From Trichoplax adhaerens (Eukaryota; Animalia; Placozoa): a stretch of 64,000 nucleotides of DNA. Position numbers and translations under genes: made by a program. The number at the start of each line of letters is the position of its first letter. Positions within the stretch are counted from its first letter, which is position 1. This document shows positions 56,201 to 64,000 of the stretch, piece by piece. The stretch is taken from positions 4,316,787-4,380,786 of the forward strand of contig NW_002060948.1 in assembly GCF_000150275.1 (NCBI RefSeq). The letters run 5' to 3'. The notes under the pieces were generated by a model. It ran no database searches, had not been told where the DNA came from, and saw only the letters and a list, made by a program, of their open reading frames with translations.

Positions 56201-59200
56201 TTTAAAATTTTAAAGTATTTCTAGAATCACAGATCTTACCAACTTCACAACGTGCACCAGTCCATTGTGCAGGACAGGCACAAGTGTAGCTATTTACTCC
56301 ATCATGGCAAGTGGAATAAGGGTGGACACAAGGATTCGATGCGCATTCGTTTATATCTGCAACAGAAATATTAAAATGATGATTATGTTCAGTATTATAG
56401 GATAACACGATTTCCTGCAATCATGATTCGATAATCAAGTCAGCGAGCGAAAGTGACTGGTTAGAAAACAGAAAAACAATCTTACTTGTTTGACATGTAC
56501 TACCAGTGAAGCCAGTCGATGTACAATTGCACGTGTAACTGTTAGATCCAAGAATACACTGCCCGCTATTAAGGCATGGAGTTGATGAGCAAACGGTAAC
56601 CTCTGAGAAATTAATAAAATTTACCTTTAAGAAAATCTTTATCTATATTTCATGTTATCTATCAGTTTATCTGTCACCTAATTCAATACAGATCCGCTAC
56701 ATACTTTCTGTAAAGACGATGAACTACATGTTATTAATTAACAAAATTTACCATTAAGAAAATCTACCCCTACAGTATATTTTACGTTATGTATATGTTT
56801 CATCTGTTATTGAATTGAATACTGATCGACTAAATAACTGCCATAAAGAGAACAAACTACAAGTTAGATCTAAAGGTTTAATGAAATACTCGCTACTTAC
56901 GGTCTTGACAATTTATTCCTGTGAATCCAGCTGGACAATTGCAGTTGTATGTTAAATCTCCAGTCGATATACATGTCCCACCATTTACGCATGGCGAATC
57001 TTTAACGCAAACATCTTTAACTTTTATAAACCAACAGTATATAAAAACTTATTACTTACTAATTCTTTAAAACATAATGGCTTCCTTTGCTCATAAAATA
57101 AAATTTATATCAAGGAAATTCTCACGTTTTTCGCATCGGGTGCCAGTCCAGTCGCTAGGGCAACTGCATGTGTAGGAATTAACATGATTATGACATGTCG
57201 CGTATACATGCTGGCATGGATTAGATGCACATTCATCAACATCTGAAATTGCATTCATGAAATTTGTTACAATGATACATCATTACATTCCAGCAATTGT
57301 ATTTACTTGGATTATAATTTTACTTAATAACGACGAATTTTGACCAATGGTTTATGTATCTCCCAATCAAAAACGGTACTAAAATCTCTGCAATGCGTAG
57401 TTTTACAACAGCAGACCCTGTAGACTTAGTTGTATGATCTATAATATTTGCATCATTTAACTGAGTTATACCATGACTTATCATAGACCAATAAAAGGCT
57501 AGATTGCAACTATCGAGGTTCATAGCTATTTGAAAATCAAATTTTAACCCATAAATTTACAGTATTCGATATTATCAGCTTGTAATTCCACTATGAACTG
57601 TAGTAGAACTATACAATTTGTAAAGATGCTATAAAATACCGGGTGTGATCTAAAAATTTAACAATTTTTTTAGAAAATGCCTAAAGCAAACTAAAAATTG
57701 CAAATGATTTAATTTACTACCCTATCACTTACTCTGTTGCGTGCTTACACAATAGCAATCTCAATCAATTTAGTTCGGTATCATATTTATCTATAGCCTA
57801 ATTATTATGAATCACGTTATGTATTTTTAACTAACGTAGTTGTTATTTAAGAAAACATTGAATGTAGCTCTTGATTAGAACGTGCATCGTATTGTAAGAG
57901 GGTATAATTATCGCAATTTACCATCTTGGCAATTTCTGCCACTGTACCCAGAAGGGCAAACGCAAGTATAATTGAGAGGAGATGGCACGCATGTACCTCC
58001 ATTGGTGCACAAAGTAAATACACGACAAGCATTGATATCTAGAAAATAATAAATGTTTATAAATATAACTTAAGTGCTTTATCAGTACCTTAGTATTTCA
58101 ATACAGACTTCTTGATTTGTAAATTAGATCAAGCAATTTATATAGCATTAGCTATTTATTTTCTATTAAGTGATTAATGTTACTTCCTAGTTGTTACTGT
58201 AGGATACTGTATACTTTAGGATAATAAGGCTCGGAGAATATTAATCTCATAGTAACTTACCAACTTGACACTGGGCTCCTGAATAGTATGTTGTACAAGA
58301 GCAAGTATAACTATTAATTCCATCGGTACAGTTACCGTTGTTTTGGCAAGGATTAGATGCACATTCATCAATATCTAATAAATTCCATTAAGTAACGTAA
58401 ATTACATAAAATTTGAGAAATTAGAACTAAAGTGAAATACTCGTGTAAATAAGATAGATAATAACATTACTGACAGACTTTAATCATTAAATTATTTTTA
58501 TTACTTGTCTCGCAGTGTAAACCAGTAAAACCACCAACACAAGAACAATTATAGCGAAATGGCATATTAACGCATGTTGCACCGTTCACGCAAGGGTTAG
58601 AATTACACTCATCAAAATCTGCAAAATATGCGTTCGATAACTGAATCATGAGTCTAAACAAGCCAAGTTGATAACAACTGACTATGTGCTTCTTACCTTG
58701 TGAACAATTTTGGCCTGTGTAGCCTGTAGGACACAAGCAACTATACGTATAGATGCCAGTGTAAGTGCAGACGCCGCCATTAACACATGGAGAGCTAACT
58801 CGACATAGATTACCATCTAAGTGAAATTATAGAATATTACGAATAAAGCTCTTTAGAAATCAATTATATTAGTTAAAGATATCAGAGTAACAGAATAATC
58901 GGACATTAATACTTTTCGTACCATTTTCACAGCTGGTTCCAGTCCATTCTGCGGGACAATTGCAAGTATATGAATTTATTCCATCAACGCACGTAGAAGA
59001 TTGCTGACATGGATTAGATGCGCACTCGTCGATATCTATTCGTATATCAATTTAATGCCATTTTAGCAAAATCAAACTCAATGCATGCCGAATAAGTAAG
59101 GCAATAATCGTAACAGCTGAAATATCCCACGCGTGTAGATTACTTAAGGATAAATATTATAAGTATCTTTGCTTTGTTAACGAAGAATATTCAATTTCAG

Positions 59201-62200
59201 ATAATCGGATTTTGCTTACTTATTTCACAATTTGTACCATTAAATCCAGTAGCACATACACATGAATATGCATTAGGGCCGGTGTTATTACACGTGGCAC
59301 CATTCAAACAGGGCGAACTCCGGCACGTATTTAAATCTATAAAAATGGCATTACTTTTAGAATGTAGCTGATATTAATTGTCTTTGTGCAGCAACTTTTG
59401 TCGATAATAAGAAAAAGTATCATTCCTAAAATCTAAAAATAAACTTTATATATGATCTTAAGGAAAGCAGTAATCTTAAAATTACACTGTAGTATTGTAG
59501 TTATATAAAATTATTAATAGATGAAGAACTCCATGTAAGAAGGCACTTTCAAGTCCCGGATGTAGATAGCTTGTTCTTATCGTACCTGTATTACAGTCTA
59601 TCCCAGTCCAAGTACTTTCACAATCTACACTAACATTTATTCTAAATTGCGATTTATCGGAAATTGGCCTTGTCCCTATCATAGTAGCTGTTTCAGAAGC
59701 TCCTGGTACAGTATTAAAGCGTTGGGTAAATCGATCAATAAGACTGTCTGTACTACCTACGTAGTTTTTGTCCATTGCAGTCAAATGAACATTGACAAAA
59801 CCCTGACATTCAAGAACAAGAAACAGATATCAGATAAATACTACTATATTAATTCAAAGATCATATTTCAACTTTAGAATGTAATTTCTTTATATTTACT
59901 CTATATTTTTCATTGATGGATCCACGGTACGGATTGGTAATATTGTCAGCAGTTAGAGCTTGACCAACTGTAAATTGTATCGAAGATGATGCATTCCAAA
60001 CATTCGTAGTTAGTGAACCGTAGGTGCAAGGGCTGCTTACAGTTAAATTATTGCCACATAAAGTGAAATAATATCCACAAGAACCACCATTGCAGAGTGT
60101 AGTATTCCAGTGACTTTGATTATTATTTATATAGCTTTGAAATTCGTAACTGATGTAGGCATGCACATCAGCTTCTACATAACACTATAAAGTGAAGATG
60201 TAAAGTTACATATTTCAAAAGGCATGCATTTCCTCAAAAATATAAATATTAAAAACAAAAGGCCTACGGATAAAATTAGAATTACGAACAATTTCCACTA
60301 TGTCAATTAGACTTAAAAGTATACATTTGATATGATAAATATTAATCATTGCACTACTTTAGTTATCATAAACTGATCAAGGTAAATTAAAGAGGCTAAT
60401 TGAAAAAATGATATTGACCATGATCCTTCAAACATCGATCTAAGCCTAAAAACACCTTTTTATCCTTAGCTGAATATTATTTCAAATACAAAGGTAAAAT
60501 GATTTGTATCTTAGACGGAATCATGAAACGTAACCTAAATCTAAAAATCGAATTTACTATCTAATTGCAATAAAATTTAAATCGAAAGAAAACGTTAGTG
60601 GATAGTAATTGCTTTTATTACAATTCATTTTGATTCTAATGTTAACGAAAGATAAGAACTACCTATTAACAGGAAGACTTCACTTCATATACAACTGGCA
60701 AATATCATCAGCCATCTTACAAGTTACTATAACTTCCTAAGCAATACAGTAGGAGCTTCTGCTAACACCGTAGTGATTTATATTATCGTCTATTTCCAAA
60801 TGCAGCATAGATAACAACTGACTACATTATTCAGATACTTTCAGTCTACATAACTATTAAAATCATCATGAAAGCTAAGATATCTCTACTAATATAGGAT
60901 CTCTTATATTAACGTCAACAGCTGTTAAAGCTAGTTAATCTCACTAACGTTATGCTAATTGTTATCGAAAAAATTATTCGGCCAGCACGAAAACTCTGAT
61001 TAATTAAATTGGAATATCGCATTTGTCTATGATGATAAATTAATATCACTAGCATCGCTAATAACTAACGTAACATTTAATCTTGTCGTCTAAAAAAGTG
61101 TACTTAGAAACGTAATAGCTTCAAATTATCGACTGCAAAGCATTAATGACCAACATTTTAGACTATAGGATTCACAAAATGCGAGTAATAACATCGAAGA
61201 TTGGCTTATTGCATTTAAAAAGACTTTTGCTTATTAGAAATTTAGCATTCTGTTACAATCACAAGAGCACGAAATTGATGGATTCATTTTCTGAAGCACT
61301 TATTAATTTAAGCCTTACTGTTTTAGCTATTATTTCTAGGCAATTCTAATAATTAATTATAAGCACCTAATACTAAATCTATAACTTTATAATCATTTTT
61401 AGGTCATCTCCTGACTGGAATGCTGATGGAGAAATTAGTATTCGGCAATCCAATGTTTAGAATCCTTACAATCATCTACTAAATTGTAAAAATCAAAACA
61501 TCTGTTCACTGCTGAACTGCACAGCCGATAATTATAATTAAAGATTAACTTCCAGGACTCTTTCTAGCTACGTCTATAGTACATAATTTAAGAATTAACT
61601 TGATAAATAGTTAGGATATATCAGTGAGATTAAAGCATTTGTATTAAACTAAAGTTAAATTGCTTAAAGCAATTATCTTACTTATCTTAAAATTACATAT
61701 CAATAGAAAAATTAACTTTTATAGATAATTCGGGGTTAAATTAAAATGCTCAGAAAGGGTAAGTTATCCGCTCGGGACTTATATCTAACTGTAGTTGTTA
61801 TTCAGAGACATTATAGCTGTCGGAATATAATTTATTATTCATAGACCCTCGGATCTTGCCCAATCATAGTCAATTATAACATAATTAATAGTCAAGCAAT
61901 GCATGAACTGTTATTTTTCTAGCTAATAAATTAATCAATGGCGTTTTTATCAGTTTCTTTCTTCATATTCATCAACAATTGAGAACCGACCCGTGCATCT
62001 ATCAAATATTAAATACTCAATGACATAACTGATTTTAAGAACTACATTAAAATTTACAGTAATATCCAGGTGGTCAATAAGTTTATAGCCACGATAATAC
62101 TAGCTTACAAATTCATTTTATCTTAGATTAAGGTAATCTGTATTACTAATTTCCTGTAATGGGCTATATTTAAGCTTGCTTGAGAAAAACATGTAGAAAT

Positions 62201-62513
62201 TACTACATGTAAAAAGTATACGATAATGAGAGAAATTCTTATCACTTTGTTGGTAATCTATGTAGTAGCTACAATCATGAACAGTTTCTAGTAGAATTAT
62301 ACGTAAATTTTCAGGAAAGCTTTTGGAGATCGAATGTGTGATTCATGATTTTAATAGATTATTAAGGATTAGAAGATGCGATTTAAACGAAGAAAAGAAG
62401 ATAGTAGGAACCTAACTGTAATAGTTTAAATTGAAACTGAACTTTATTCTATGACTTACCAAAGTTGCGATAGTTAAGAATAAGTAAAGGGCGACAAACA
62501 AAATTTTCCTCAT
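41251..62513 (-). CDS. Gene C: giant Delta/Jagged-derived type-I membrane protein (SP, C2/MNNL, truncated DSL, ~50 EGF including an internal DOS pair, FN3, TM, ~500-aa acidic tail); no disabling lesion seen
   Basis: Exon 1 62460-62513 ([24 protein letters not shown]) joins CYVEA-DVHA in exon 59900-60184, then exon 59586-59802. 29 single-EGF exons plus three DOS exons lie at 47956-59335. 2244-nt cbEGF exon 45293-47536; FN3 44855-45145; TM 44588-44714; seven tail exons including a 23-nt micro-exon (44193-44215) and last exon 41251-42122. Confidence 0.85.
44588..45145 (-). other. Gene C FN3 exon (44855-45145) and transmembrane exon (44588-44714)
   Basis: [21 protein letters not shown]...IILRWK...[17 protein letters not shown], then [40 protein letters not shown]. 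Confidence 0.8.
45293..47536 (-). other. Gene C intronless exon of ~19 calcium-binding EGF repeats plus a truncated one
   Basis: Corresponds to the 759-aa ORF: repeated (D/N)I(D/N)EC.S.PC.N.G.C.D..N.Y.C.C..G(F/Y)TG..C, with O-glucose (C-x-S-x-P-C) and O-fucose (C-xxxx-S/T-C) consensus sites. Confidence 0.93.
50095..50489 (-). other. Delta/Jagged DOS-type EGF pair split over three small exons in gene C
   Basis: Exons 50426-50489, 50247-50308 and 50095-50166 splice to [66 protein letters not shown]. Confidence 0.82.
54650..54730 (-). mobile_element. Fragment of the 5' end of LTR family 2, in an intron of gene C
   Basis: The reverse complement gtagtgatttcagctaattacagtagt...ggtagcattagagagtagaacaatccgctatgcctataa matches the starts of 2351 and 21503. 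Confidence 0.6.
59586..60184 (-). other. Gene C N-terminal C2/MNNL domain plus DSL remnant (two exons)
   Basis: [14 protein letters not shown]...[13 protein letters not shown]...NPYRG...|[11 protein letters not shown]...LIDRFTQR...[16 protein letters not shown] resembles Delta-like PCTYGSAVTPVLG, NPIRF and LISRLATQR. Confidence 0.85.
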
Positions 62514-64000
62514 ATTTCGTCTTATTAAAGCTCGTCAGTGCAGCTACGAAACGATATTTAGCAACTATAATCGTTGTTCGTCTTCTTTAATGTAAAGTGA
62601 TTCGGATGAACCTAAATTTAACCAATTGTTGATTTTACAGCAATTAGTTTCTAATCGTTTTTCCTCGGAATTTGTTATTAAAGAATAAACCACACCTATA
62701 ATCACCTATTAAAAATTGATTAAAATTAAAATTAAAATTTAAGAGTTAATAACGTATCATAATAAAGCCCAAAGTGGACGCATTGCAATCTAATTTTACT
62801 GCACCTAGTGGCGAGCAAATTATTCAGATCTTTATGAAATCAACAGGTGAAGCTCATATGTTTACTAATTAAAAAAATCAACGGTAAAGAAACAGCTGCT
62901 ATTTTATATGATAGTTTGCGATAAATGTTATTCATTCCATCCTTTATTCCAATTCTAGATGTTATTTATTGTTTAGAAGATTTAAATAGGCTAATATCTA
63001 ATATTTTCAAGTAAGCACATATCCGCAGATTCTTATGTTACATTATCGGTACAATAATGAACACAACAGCTTACACATAATTCGGTTGTAGTTTTATAGT
63101 TTTATCTACCTCTTACATTTGTGATTTCGTGGATTTTCAAATCAAATTTGTCGTACTTACTAGATTAATAAGGTAGACATGGCTATCATGTTATCTTAAA
63201 CGGAATTTTATCGCCGGATAACTTCCAGATTGATGTTTAGTTAAAAACTGAGAACAACAAAAATAAAGTGGTAGTGCATGGAACGATCATAGAAACAGTA
63301 CATTATAAAATCAGGTAACGCTAACGGCGACCTTACTAATAGTAATGATTGGTTGGATATTATAAAATAGAATAAAGGAAAATTATGTGTATTATTAATG
63401 ATATAATTCACGATTATCAGTCTCTATCAATCAACGAGACTTAACTAGTAGTATCAAATGTCATTCAGGTTTGCTAATTGTTTTTAATGAACATAATAAC
63501 CATTATGACTACTATCTGCATAGTTAATTTTTTATGGAAATCGATTCTAAAGTCGTACTATATTGGAACAATCTACAAATTATAGTTGCTATAAACGATG
63601 GCTTCAATGGTACCAGACTTTACAGCTCAAAAATCTAAGACAACATTCCCTTTAACGACATAGAGTCATAAAACAAACAGCTTATAAAGTGGTTTTTAGT
63701 GAAAGTTTATAGAATGTACAGAGACATTCATTAAACAACAATGTTAGATTTAATCTGTTATGGCTATAAGGTGATCATGTTTTAAATACATATCTCGAAT
63801 ATAATCGTAATTATGCTAACTAAAATAATACCGAGAATGAGCTATATCTATTTCGTGAGATAACTTAGGTTAAAACTGCAGTTTAATTAACTGCATTATT
63901 TTTTATCAAATATTTGGAAATGATAAGGAGCTAAGTTAATTATTAAATATTATGCATTATTCATTTTGTCTACCAGAGAAGAAATAATCAAACATATCAC

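Noticed and set aside
60660-60720. ATG near 60715 as the start of gene C
   Set aside because: All frames stop before a usable donor; 62460-62513 encodes a clear signal peptide in the correct phase.
41251-62513. Calling gene C (or A) Notch, Crumbs, fibropellin or fibrillin because of the long cbEGF arrays
   Set aside because: No LNR/NOD/ankyrin, laminin-G, CUB/avidin or TB domains were seen; the N-terminus is ligand-type C2 and the juxtamembrane domain is FN3. No gene symbol assigned.

Overview
AT-rich eukaryotic (animal) genomic DNA with short GT-AG introns; the compact style resembles an early-branching animal such as a placozoan, but the organism cannot be proven from the sequence. Most of the window is a tandem, same-strand (minus) cluster of three paralogous multi-exon genes that I reconstructed by hand: A (7488-24690), B (27509-36962) and C (41251-62513). 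A heavily decayed fourth copy lies at about 3220-4700. Each gene encodes a type-I membrane protein: signal peptide; a Delta/Jagged-type N-terminal C2 (MNNL) domain; only the first two-cysteine segment of the DSL domain; a long EGF array (about 34, 22 and 50 repeats); one or two FN3 domains; a transmembrane helix; and a 200-500 aa low-complexity tail with several YxxL/I/V motifs. They look like Notch ligands that lost the Notch-binding DSL and gained a receptor-like architecture. Gene C keeps an intact Delta/Jagged DOS (EGF1-2) module, displaced to the middle of its array. Gene A has a stop-containing EGF exon; gene B has a nonsense codon and a terminal frameshift. Also present: three solo LTRs of one family with perfect 5-bp TSDs, a second older LTR family (one copy with a PBS-like site), and a duplication flanking a 50-N gap. 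All gene models are manual and need transcript confirmation.
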